From positions 62,001 to 95,415 of the IMG/VR virus record IMGVR_UViG_3300011785_000001: a stretch of DNA of 33,415 nt, one strand, 5' to 3'. Each line of letters begins with the position of its first letter. The first letter of the stretch is position 1. Under the pieces are notes generated by a model that was not told the origin of the DNA, did not search any database, and worked only from the letters and a program-made list of their open reading frames with translations. The DNA comes from an uncultured virus (IMG/VR IMGVR_UViG_3300011785_000001) (taxonomy: Duplodnaviria; Heunggongvirae; Uroviricota; Caudoviricetes). Below are positions 6,452-14,414 of the stretch, in pieces. The translations under genes were made by a program, and so were the position numbers.

Positions 6452-8835
6452 TAGTGGCAACCATACCAGTTCTTATGCACTACCCACTCCATACCCAACT
6501 CAACCTTCAATCGAGTTTCTTTTTCAGCCATTTTAATTGCCTCTGTAATTGCTTTTGATACAGGGTTTGGTAAGGCAATACGAAACTTACCACTCGATAA
6601 CTCCGTTTTTGCTCCAAGCTGCTCACCTTTCCAGCTATCAATAAACAAATCACAATCTTCTTCAGTTTCAAAATCCTTGAAGTGGATAAGTTTTGGATTA
6701 ACCGCTAACTGGCATTCATCGTGATATTCGATCATACCACACATATCCAATGCGTTATTTGTAAACGGGTCACATCTGTAACCTTGCTCCTCCAACAACT
6801 GATAAATAAACACTGTCGAGTATTTAGCACAAATAACACCTCCGGACTGAAACAAAGCATTTAACAGAGAATGTTGAGAGCGCGTCATAATCTTACGACC
6901 ATCAACGCCAATAACATATTTACTTCCACGCTCTTTCCACTTTCTAGTTACAGCATCTCGCAAGTCACTTAGTGGTTTTACAGCAGACCAATAGTTGTCT
7001 ACCAAAACTTTAGCCTCTTGCATTGAAATACCTAACATTGTTTTTGCCCTAGATGCCGACCCACCGTACATAAGCATGTATGATACTGATTTTGCTTGAT
7101 CTCTCGGAATACCTAGTTTTTTACCGTTGATTGTGTGGATGTCGTTAGGCTTACTTGCAAGCAACTGTTCCGCAAGCTCATCACCCTCGAACGGTAGGAT
7201 ATAGTGCCCTTGAATCCTAGCCTCTAGTGAAGAGAAGTCAAACCCAAGTTGAAACATCCCTTTACCACACCCAAAAAGTGAACGCATTTCTTTACCGTAA
7301 ATTGAGCTTGCACGAGCAACATTACAAACACCTATATGGCGGTAGCGATTAGTTGAAGCTCCAATCTCAATAGATGGTGTTGGTACTCTCCCATCAACCT
7401 CACGATACATTGATAAGAAGCCTGTGTTTGGGTACTCCTCGTCAAAATCCATGTCCTCAATATCACCACCAGCAATACTACTCTTTCTATGCTTGTACGT
7501 TAAATATAAGGTAAAATCGTTAGCAAATGCAACTCTAGAACCTAGTTTAACAAGATTAGGGCAAAGCTCTTTCTCAATTCCCACACGAACACAAGGCGAA
7601 GTTGGTACACGTACAGGTTTATCTTCTGAAAGTTTAGGTAAAAGTTTTCTTCGGATAACCTCTTTATCAACACCCATCTCTAACTCTTTAAGTCTGTGCT
7701 TTTTGTACTTACCCTCATCAAATGTCTGGTTAAGCCATGTATCTAAAGCTTTAACCCTTTTCTCGTAAGGGATACTTTGCTTCTTGTGATTCTTGGTTAA
7801 GTCACGAACCTTAAACTCAGTTGGATTCCAACCCAAACTAATCAGATACATTTTAACATGATCTAGATCAGAAATACTCGCTGGTTCTTCCGTAAGCAAT
7901 GGTTCTGTGATCGGCAGTAAGTAATCCTTTCCATAAAACGTGTAAACTCTTTCCGAAACCTTAATCCCTCCATGCTTCTCAATAAACTTTATCATATGTG
8001 ATGACAAGTTTTGATCTTTTTTAATTTGATTAGCTGGCGGAGTAAAATCTTTCAGTCGAGTTTTTGTCATCGGTTTTGGCGGTAGGATTGGATTAACTTT
8101 ATTTGCCAACTCAGTCATCTTCTCAGTCAAATCCTCAAGGCACTTCACAGCAAGACCCTTATCAAAGTTAAATCCATAAGTTTCTCGTCTAACAGCAAGA
8201 TCAGCAAGCTTATTTTCAAGCTTCTCTGCTTTCTTCCAACCAATGTAAGATTTAAACTCTGACTCAAGCTCCTTAAAAACCACTACAGTAACTTTTGTGT
8301 CTTGTTCACAATATTTCACCATAATTTCCGAATAGACTTTAAACTCAGCACCTTTAGGTGCGTTGTTAGGAATTAATCCAGCATCAATACTCTGCTGCCG
8401 AAAGTCATCCTTGTAATTACCCAACCGATTACCCCAAGCTTCAAGGCTGTGTCCTCCATACCTATCTGGATTAAACAGTCGTGACCTAACAAGAGTATCT
8501 GTAATTTTTACAGGCTTACCAAAAACTTTATCCTCCTGTCCTAAATAGCCAACATTGTAATCTAGTAAACCAAATAGCTTCAACGCTATCAAGTCAAACT
8601 TAATTCCATTATGGGCAATGATTTCTGTAACACCAGAGAGGGCTCCCTCTAATTGATCTTTCGTTATAGTTTTCCCTGTCTTACTTTTCAATACTACTAA
8701 GTCATCTGTATCGACATCTCGAACAACAACACACCATAACTTTGCATCACCGTTAAGTTTATAAGGGAGGCTAGAATAATCAAGCATATTTGCTAAAAGA
8801 TCATTAGTCTCAATATCCACCGTAACACGCTTCAT
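6451..8835 (-). CDS. DNA polymerase family A (T7-like) with 3'-5' exonuclease
   Basis: Exo motifs DIET, HNGIKFD, YCEQD; polymerase motifs A FDFSSLEAR, B RDQAKSVSYMLMYG, C YHDE. Confidence 0.97.
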   Translation of the reverse strand: MKRVTVDIETNDLLANMLDYSSLPYKLNGDAKLWCVVVRDVDTDDLVVLKSKTGKTITKDQLEGALSGVTEIIAHNGIKFDLIALKLFGLLDYNVGYLGQEDKVFGKPVKITDTLVRSRLFNPDRYGGHSLEAWGNRLGNYKDDFRQQSIDAGLIPNNAPKGAEFKVYSEIMVKYCEQDTKVTVVVFKELESEFKSYIGWKKAEKLENKLADLAVRRETYGFNFDKGLAVKCLEDLTEKMTELANKVNPILPPKPMTKTRLKDFTPPANQIKKDQNLSSHMIKFIEKHGGIKVSERVYTFYGKDYLLPITEPLLTEEPASISDLDHVKMYLISLGWNPTEFKVRDLTKNHKKQSIPYEKRVKALDTWLNQTFDEGKYKKHRLKELEMGVDKEVIRRKLLPKLSEDKPVRVPTSPCVRVGIEKELCPNLVKLGSRVAFANDFTLYLTYKHRKSSIAGGDIEDMDFDEEYPNTGFLSMYREVDGRVPTPSIEIGASTNRYRHIGVCNVARASSIYGKEMRSLFGCGKGMFQLGFDFSSLEARIQGHYILPFEGDELAEQLLASKPNDIHTINGKKLGIPRDQAKSVSYMLMYGGSASRAKTMLGISMQEAKVLVDNYWSAVKPLSDLRDAVTRKWKERGSKYVIGVDGRKIMTRSQHSLLNALFQSGGVICAKYSTVFIYQLLEEQGYRCDPFTNNALDMCGMIEYHDECQLAVNPKLIHFKDFETEEDCDLFIDSWKGEQLGAKTELSSGKFRIALPNPVSKAITEAIKMAEKETRLKVELGMEWVVHKNWYGCH

Positions 8836-8853
8836 AAACCCTTCACTCTCCTT

Positions 8854-9450
8854 TTAATCGTTTATATCAACCTCATAGTTGATTAAAGCTTCGTATGCCC
8901 TGTAGTCTATCACATCCTTCCATGCTTCTGCAATCGACTTGATATGGTTTTCTTTGTGAAGCTTGTAAACCTGAAATGCCTCTTCAACGGTTTCATATCG
9001 ACCAAGAAATTTAGGTTTGTTATTAACCCACATCTTAGCTGTAAATTTGTTCCTACTTTTGTCAAAAATTACACCAATAGGAAATTCACCTCTTAAAGCA
9101 TCAGCTTTAACAATAACGTTGTTAATCTCCATAGGGACAAAAACACAAGTATCTTCTGAGTAAATTTTATTACATTTAATCAGCAAGTCTTTATCTAAAT
9201 TCCAGCCATCGTTTCCAAAACCAACTTGTTTGTTGCACCACTCGTAAAAATAGGTGTAATTTTTAAAATTCTCAGATACGCTACAACCTCGATAAGCTGG
9301 TTTCCTTTTAAGGTTGATTTCGCTGTAACATCGAGAAAGCATACTTCGCCATAAAGAATGCTCCTTAGTGTTAGTTGCTGAATATTTACCCTCGTTATAA
9401 CCAACCCCTGCAACAAGTTTAACACCAGCTTTATATCCATTATTCCGCAT
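8854..9450 (-). CDS. Free-standing HNH-type homing endonuclease with AP2-like C-terminal domain
   Basis: W..ML.RCY...Y.GC.V....KNY..F..W, LDKDLL...NKIYS..TC.FVP..IN, then PIGV...KF.A......K.LGRYET.EEA. Confidence 0.85.
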   Translation of the reverse strand: MRNNGYKAGVKLVAGVGYNEGKYSATNTKEHSLWRSMLSRCYSEINLKRKPAYRGCSVSENFKNYTYFYEWCNKQVGFGNDGWNLDKDLLIKCNKIYSEDTCVFVPMEINNVIVKADALRGEFPIGVIFDKSRNKFTAKMWVNNKPKFLGRYETVEEAFQVYKLHKENHIKSIAEAWKDVIDYRAYEALINYEVDIND

Positions 9451-9461
9451 AATATCTCCTT

Positions 9462-9487
9462 AAAATAAAGAGGGGTGAAAACCCCTC
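9462..9487 (-). terminator. Rho-independent terminator after primase-helicase
   Basis: GAGGGGT-TTTC-ACCCCTC-TTTATTTT. Confidence 0.8.
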
Positions 9488-9492
9488 AATGA

Positions 9493-11394
9493 TCACCAGT
9501 CAGGTAATTCCACATCATCTTCGTCCTCTTTAATAATATCAGAAACGATCTCATTAATCTCAGAAGTATCAACAATTTCTTCAAACTCTTGAGCAGACAA
9601 ATAAAAACCTAAATCATCCTCTACAATATCTCCAATCTTATCGTCAATGAAAAATCCATGCTTTTCAGCATAAGAGTATGGGTACAGTCGAGAACAGCTT
9701 GCTCGATAGAATGATTTAGCCACCAATTCACCTGTCATTTCAAAGTCACGATTCTTTGGCACAGAGTAATAAGTTGTGTTTCTTTCAACCCAATCTTCGG
9801 CATTCTTATTACGACTAAGAGTGATAATTAGTGATGATGATTTAGAAATACTACCACTACCCTCGATACTATCCTCCTTTTGTACACCACCATCACTTCC
9901 TGATTTCTCCCCAGAAGTAGCTTTTCGTGTGTGTGTACCTAATAGAATTAAAACACCGTAACGCTTCTTAATCTTCTCTAGAAACAACATAAAACTACGC
10001 TGCTCTTCGTTTGTCTTGTTGCCGATGATATTTTGTATAGGGTCTCCAATAATAACCTTACAACCATAAACAGTGATTAAACGAAGAATACATTTCTCAG
10101 CTTCAGCGATTGTATCAAAATCACTATCAGCAAAATAGAACCGATGATCACCATTTTCATCAAGATAGAAGTCATCAATTTTTGACTTATATTTCAACTG
10201 TAGATCAATCTGTTCTTCCTTACTTAGTCGATTCAAAGGTACACCAATGATACGAGAGTGCATCTTTTGAGCAAACTTCTTACGAGAAGCTTCTAGAGAA
10301 AGAACACCAGTCTTAGCCTTAGATGACATAATAATTGACGACATCGTTGTGTCTAAGTTTGCTGTTTTGCCGATCGAAGTAGACCCGACCAAAAGAACAA
10401 TCGAATCGTACATGAACATTGGGACATAGGGTTTCAAATCAAGCATGTGAAATGGAATAGGTACACCTTCATCATTTGATGCTTCAATACCGTACTCAAA
10501 CAAATCACCACTACCAATAATTCCATAATCCTCAACAGGACTAGCATTCCAATAAGCATCTTGCATATAGGATTCTACATCTTTATTTCGGATATAATCA
10601 TTAGCATCTTTATATCGTAAATTAGCTGTAAACAATTTATCCTTTGGTAGAAAATCCAAACACTTCTGAGTTGCTTTCTTACCAGCGTCATCATTATCCA
10701 ATGCAAGAATAATCTTCTTATGTTTGTTAACCCAGTCAATCTGAGCTTTTAAACAATCTGCTGTACTGTCCTCACCCAATAAACTTGTAACAACATTGAT
10801 CTGACGATTATATTTCTTCTCAATTGGAGCTAACATTTGTTTAGCAGAAACCAGACAGATTTCACCACCAACAACTACAATGGTGTCAGCAACAGCCTGA
10901 GTTTGACCACCAAGAAGGTTTACCTTACCAACATAACCAGTTGAAAAGAAGTTTTTAGGTTTATGACGAATCTTATAACCAGAAATCTTGATCTCACCAT
11001 CTTCAACATATCGTGCTGGAAAATACATATCAGAAACTTTACCTTCTTCATCATACTTCCAACGAATACCCAATTGAGCACAAATATCTTTATCTAAACC
11101 TCGATACTTTGTATTAAGAGTAGGTGATGTTTCGTCTAAAACTTTACTTAAAGCATCTTCATCAAATTTCTTTTCGTTAAACTTGTTACGATCTGTATTT
11201 GTAATTGTCACGCTTTTAAATCCTCCACTTTCTTTCATCTCTTCTAAAAAATCTTCACTATGCTCGGTATAACCACAACTAAAACAGTGACCACCTCGCT
11301 CATCTCCATACCAGTAGAAATTATCTCCTGAACTATCTCTACCTTCTTTTATACAGTTTTTACAAGGGTTCTTACCGAACACGTAAACACTCAA
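9493..11394 (-). CDS. Primase-helicase (T7 gp4-like: Zn finger, TOPRIM, SF4 helicase)
   Basis: CKNC...HCFSC, YKIR, LDNDDAG, KDAND, Walker A GSTSIGKT, SLE, IIGDP, THTRK, GSG, KNR. Confidence 0.93.
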   Translation of the reverse strand: MSVYVFGKNPCKNCIKEGRDSSGDNFYWYGDERGGHCFSCGYTEHSEDFLEEMKESGGFKSVTITNTDRNKFNEKKFDEDALSKVLDETSPTLNTKYRGLDKDICAQLGIRWKYDEEGKVSDMYFPARYVEDGEIKISGYKIRHKPKNFFSTGYVGKVNLLGGQTQAVADTIVVVGGEICLVSAKQMLAPIEKKYNRQINVVTSLLGEDSTADCLKAQIDWVNKHKKIILALDNDDAGKKATQKCLDFLPKDKLFTANLRYKDANDYIRNKDVESYMQDAYWNASPVEDYGIIGSGDLFEYGIEASNDEGVPIPFHMLDLKPYVPMFMYDSIVLLVGSTSIGKTANLDTTMSSIIMSSKAKTGVLSLEASRKKFAQKMHSRIIGVPLNRLSKEEQIDLQLKYKSKIDDFYLDENGDHRFYFADSDFDTIAEAEKCILRLITVYGCKVIIGDPIQNIIGNKTNEEQRSFMLFLEKIKKRYGVLILLGTHTRKATSGEKSGSDGGVQKEDSIEGSGSISKSSSLIITLSRNKNAEDWVERNTTYYSVPKNRDFEMTGELVAKSFYRASCSRLYPYSYAEKHGFFIDDKIGDIVEDDLGFYLSAQEFEEIVDTSEINEIVSDIIKEDEDDVELPDW

Positions 11395-11424
11395 AACCTT
11401 TCTCCAGAAATTTAATTACAACTC

Positions 11425-11455
11425 AAATAAAAACACCACGAATTATGTGGTGTTT
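11425..11455 (-). terminator. Terminator-like hairpin upstream of primase-helicase
   Basis: AAACACCAC-ATAATTC-GTGGTGTTT-TTATTT. Confidence 0.65.
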
Positions 11456-11501
11456 ATTCGCTACACTCATAAACGTGTTATAAAGCTTGCTTATTCAAAC
11501 C

Positions 11502-11819
11502 TTACTTATACAGATTATCAATAATCTCTTGACGCTTACGTTGAATCTCTAAACCAAGTTTATCACACTCAAATATTAAATCTAATTTACAATCAATAAG
11601 CTCCTCAACAGTGCTTAAGATGCTCTTAGAGTAACTACGTGTCTTACTAACATGATCACTAAAGAAGTTATGTTCATCAGATTTAATCAACTTATATAAC
11701 TCTAGATTAAACTTAACCAACTTAGTAATACGCTTAATACGAGATTGATTATGCTTTAACTTTTTCTTTAACTCAATAGTCTCATGATTTGTTGTTGGGT
11801 ATTTAAAATAGTTAGTCAC
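11502..11819 (-). CDS. Hypothetical coiled-coil protein
   Basis: 105-aa ORF, GTG start with AGGAG SD. Confidence 0.65.
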   Translation of the reverse strand: MTNYFKYPTTNHETIELKKKLKHNQSRIKRITKLVKFNLELYKLIKSDEHNFFSDHVSKTRSYSKSILSTVEELIDCKLDLIFECDKLGLEIQRKRQEIIDNLYK

Positions 11820-11821
11820 AG

Positions 11822-12295
11822 TTACTCTCCTAAAGCTAGTGAATCATCTTGAATCAATTCTACACCACCTTCACTAAGAATAGCAACACTATGCTTGTAA
11901 TTTTCACCACAAGAGTAATGATTGTAGTCTAAGGTTGGACAAACGAACTCCTTGATACCAACCTGAACAATTCCAGCAGCACAACTTGTACAACACCCTA
12001 GCGTAGCGATCATTGTAAGCCCCTCTACGCTTCGATTTAACTTTAGAGCTGTGTATATACTGTTTTGCTCAGAGTGGACTGTATAAGTGTATTTAAGAGG
12101 TCTACTGTTGCGCTCTAGAGTATGTTTAACACCTCTTGGTAAGTCATTAAATCCGCTACTAACAACAACCTTATTCTTTGTGTCGATAATTAAACTACCA
12201 ACCTTCGTATTAGCATCTTTAGACATTGATGCCGTAATGTGTAGTTGCTTAATAAAGAAATCCTTCCAACGGGGCGTTAAATCTTTCCAAGACAT
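11822..12295 (-). CDS. dCMP deaminase family protein
   Basis: SKD..TKVG, SGFN..PRG, HSEQN (HxE) and CCTSC (PCxxC variant) zinc motifs. Confidence 0.9.
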   Translation of the reverse strand: MSWKDLTPRWKDFFIKQLHITASMSKDANTKVGSLIIDTKNKVVVSSGFNDLPRGVKHTLERNSRPLKYTYTVHSEQNSIYTALKLNRSVEGLTMIATLGCCTSCAAGIVQVGIKEFVCPTLDYNHYSCGENYKHSVAILSEGGVELIQDDSLALGE

Positions 12296-12296
12296 T

Positions 12297-12548
12297 TTAA
12301 ATCCCTCGTCTCACTTTAACACCACCTAAGATAAACGTATGCTCATTTACACGCTTGTAAAACTTCTTAAAGTTATGTGTGTCAGTTAATTCAATAACAT
12401 TTGTAATATATTCAAACTCACTATTACGCATATCAATAAAATAAGAACTATCCTCAAGTTGTAATCGTTTAAGACAACCACCTACTTGTTGCAATCCTTC
12501 AAAGAACTTCTGAATCTCTTTGTACTCTTTTTCTTGACCGTTGTTCAT
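12297..12548 (-). CDS. Hypothetical protein
   Basis: 83-aa ORF, GGAG SD, packed. Confidence 0.7.
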   Translation of the reverse strand: MNNGQEKEYKEIQKFFEGLQQVGGCLKRLQLEDSSYFIDMRNSEFEYITNVIELTDTHNFKKFYKRVNEHTFILGGVKVRRGI

Positions 12549-12854
12549 CTATACACTCCATAATAAGTTGTGTAAACTTACATCATCATTTAATACCAAA
12601 CCATCTTCCACCCAATCTTCACCATTATCAATGCAGTAATCTTTATCTTCTGGGTTGGGTCTTAGTACCAGATCAATAGCACAAGGGAATCCACCAGAAC
12701 AACCATCAAAAGTTACAAACAGAGAGTGAATAAGTCCTTCCATGTTTTCCAATTGAGTTCCTTCTTGTTGAGACCAATATTTAGCTAAAACTTTACAGTG
12801 TTTAATAAAGTCCTCTTGCAGTTCTACTTTAGCTTTAGGTTTACTTTCCATCAT
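12549..12854 (-). CDS. Conserved-looking phage hypothetical protein
   Basis: Start reassigned to MMESKPK (ATGA overlap with upstream small ORF); YW...EGLIHSL.VTFDG motif. Confidence 0.7.
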   Translation of the reverse strand: MMESKPKAKVELQEDFIKHCKVLAKYWSQQEGTQLENMEGLIHSLFVTFDGCSGGFPCAIDLVLRPNPEDKDYCIDNGEDWVEDGLVLNDDVSLHNLLWSV

Positions 12855-13000
12855 GAAGTAGCTCCCCACACATACGCTGTAAAACATGCTGCACATACTT
12901 GAAACACAGCAACACAATAAGAAAAATCTAAAACTTCCTTAGATAAAGTGAAATTTACTACAACAAAAACGATATTCATTAGTGTAAAAAATGGTAACAT
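12851..13000 (-). CDS. Small membrane protein (49 aa, not in ORF track)
   Basis: MLPFFTLMNIVFVVVNFTLSKEVLDFSYCVAVFQVCAACFTAYVWGATS; GGAG SD. Confidence 0.65.
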   Translation of the reverse strand: MLPFFTLMNIVFVVVNFTLSKEVLDFSYCVAVFQVCAACFTAYVWGATS

Positions 13001-13156
13001 TTAATTCTCCAAACACCATTTAACAGCTTCTTCGATGGAATAAAAACCACAATCACCAACTGATACGCAAATACAACCTTCATAACCACCAACAATATAA
13101 ATCGTATGGTTATTAACTTCAATAGTATTGCTATAAAAACTAACTTCTACATCCAC
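13001..13156 (-). CDS. Small hypothetical protein (51 aa, not in ORF track)
   Basis: GTG start after GAGG; MDVEVSFYSNTIEVNNHTIYIVGGYEGCICVSVGDCGFYSIEEAVKWCLEN. Confidence 0.65.
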   Translation of the reverse strand: MDVEVSFYSNTIEVNNHTIYIVGGYEGCICVSVGDCGFYSIEEAVKWCLEN

Positions 13157-13167
13157 AACTACAACCC

Positions 13168-13350
13168 TCACATATTATCAATAAATTTATCCAACTCATC
13201 TACAGCTTCTTCAATAGAAACACCTTTATGAAATAGCGAATGAATTTTACTTACGATTGGTTCGTATTGGTAATCATCTTTTGCAATGTAATCACCTGTC
13301 TGTTCTTGATACTCTTTAATAACAGCTTTAGTAAATTGTTGTTTATTCAT
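13168..13350 (-). CDS. Hypothetical protein
   Basis: 60-aa ORF, AAGGTG SD. Confidence 0.7.
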   Translation of the reverse strand: MNKQQFTKAVIKEYQEQTGDYIAKDDYQYEPIVSKIHSLFHKGVSIEEAVDELDKFIDNM

Positions 13351-13403
13351 TTAACACCTTTGTTTAATCTAACATATTAATTTAATACATCGTGCTGAGG
13401 AAC

Positions 13404-13838
13404 TCAGTACAACCACGAGTTATACTGTACATTGAAATCATCACTACTGTCAATCCAATTTAAAACAAAATCGTAATCAGAAATTGATACATCAATAACA
13501 GCATTGTTTTTAATAACACTTGATACAACACGTTCTAATCGTAAGAATCTCTGATCAGTATCATAGAAATGATCGTAACGATTCAAGTAATCCTTATAGT
13601 TTTTACTTGGACTATAATCTTTAGAGTATTCCTCAAAAGTTTTCAACTTCTTCCCGAAAACTTTACCAAACAAAGTTCTATATTGATACGATTTTAACAA
13701 TTTATCATAAGCTTCTTCAACTGTTAGATTAGCTCCACCATTATTTAAGATGAAATCTTGGAAGTTCATAAACCCATACCAAACCATATCGTAGAATTTA
13801 TCAGCATCAATATGAATCACTGTGTTAGTCTTTTTCAT
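13404..13838 (-). CDS. Hypothetical protein
   Basis: 144-aa ORF, AAGGTGAG SD, TAATG overlap. Confidence 0.7.
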   Translation of the reverse strand: MKKTNTVIHIDADKFYDMVWYGFMNFQDFILNNGGANLTVEEAYDKLLKSYQYRTLFGKVFGKKLKTFEEYSKDYSPSKNYKDYLNRYDHFYDTDQRFLRLERVVSSVIKNNAVIDVSISDYDFVLNWIDSSDDFNVQYNSWLY

Positions 13839-13981
13839 TATTTACTCACCTTAATATAAAAACCACACAGGTAATGTGGAATCTTCTCTTTATCAAAATT
13901 AAAAAGTTTAGCTACTCGTTCACTCACATACTCGACACGAATAGTATCACCATAACTCTTTTCTTCTTTAACAATAAACAT
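13838..13981 (-). CDS. Small hypothetical protein (47 aa, not in ORF track)
   Basis: MFIVKEEKSYGDTIRVEYVSERVAKLFNFDKEKIPHYLCGFYIKVSK; GGAG SD. Confidence 0.65.
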   Translation of the reverse strand: MFIVKEEKSYGDTIRVEYVSERVAKLFNFDKEKIPHYLCGFYIKVSK

Positions 13982-13993
13982 TTTTATCTCCAA

Positions 13994-14143
13994 TCAACTA
14001 TAGAAAACCTTACAACCACACTTATTACAACAAACAAAGTAATGTCTGTACCACTTATCCTTACCTTTCTTTATTTTAGGTGTATCGAAATTCAAGCATC
14101 TGTAGCAAAGTTTTTTACTCTTATCAAACTTATCATATAACAT
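13994..14143 (-). CDS. Small Zn-ribbon protein (49 aa, not in ORF track)
   Basis: MLYDKFDKSKKLCYRCLNFDTPKIKKGKDKWYRHYFVCCNKCGCKVFYS; two CxxC; AGGTG SD. Confidence 0.75.
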   Translation of the reverse strand: MLYDKFDKSKKLCYRCLNFDTPKIKKGKDKWYRHYFVCCNKCGCKVFYS

Positions 14144-14173
14144 AAAACACCTATTTAATAAAATATTAAATTA

Positions 14174-14202
14174 ATTATGCACACATTCTAAGTCGGTGTC
14201 AA
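14174..14202 (-). promoter_or_regulatory. Host sigma70-type promoter
   Basis: TTGACA-17 bp-CATAAT. Confidence 0.8.
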
Positions 14203-14204
14203 CT

Positions 14205-14414
14205 CTTAACTTATAAATCTGATAATACCAAAAAATAGGAGAATACCCCTCCCCATACTCTCTGATTTACTAAATACTATCATACACTTACAACACTATT
14301 CAAACAATCACTTGTTATAATACCTATAGTACCCTACTAGGTTATTGCTAATAGGATTATATAGAGCACTATAACGATGTATAATACTCTATAGATAGTA
14401 TTAGGGGATAAAGA
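14205..14414. other. TA-rich non-coding region with clustered short inverted repeats (candidate origin or priming signal)
   Basis: No ORF; many CTA/TAG words; dyads at 14333-14355, 14360-14373 and 14382-14403. Confidence 0.4.

Noticed and set aside
6451..11394. Introns or inteins in the polymerase or primase-helicase
   Set aside because: Both ORFs are continuous and of normal size with no intein termini; the HNH gene is free-standing between them
13860..13882. CCACA...GTGG hairpin with T tail as a terminator
   Set aside because: Weak stem lying inside the 47-aa CDS 13838..13981
13994..14143. Suspected frameshift at the TTTG repeat in the Zn-ribbon ORF
   Set aside because: Careful re-translation shows both CxxC motifs in one intact frame
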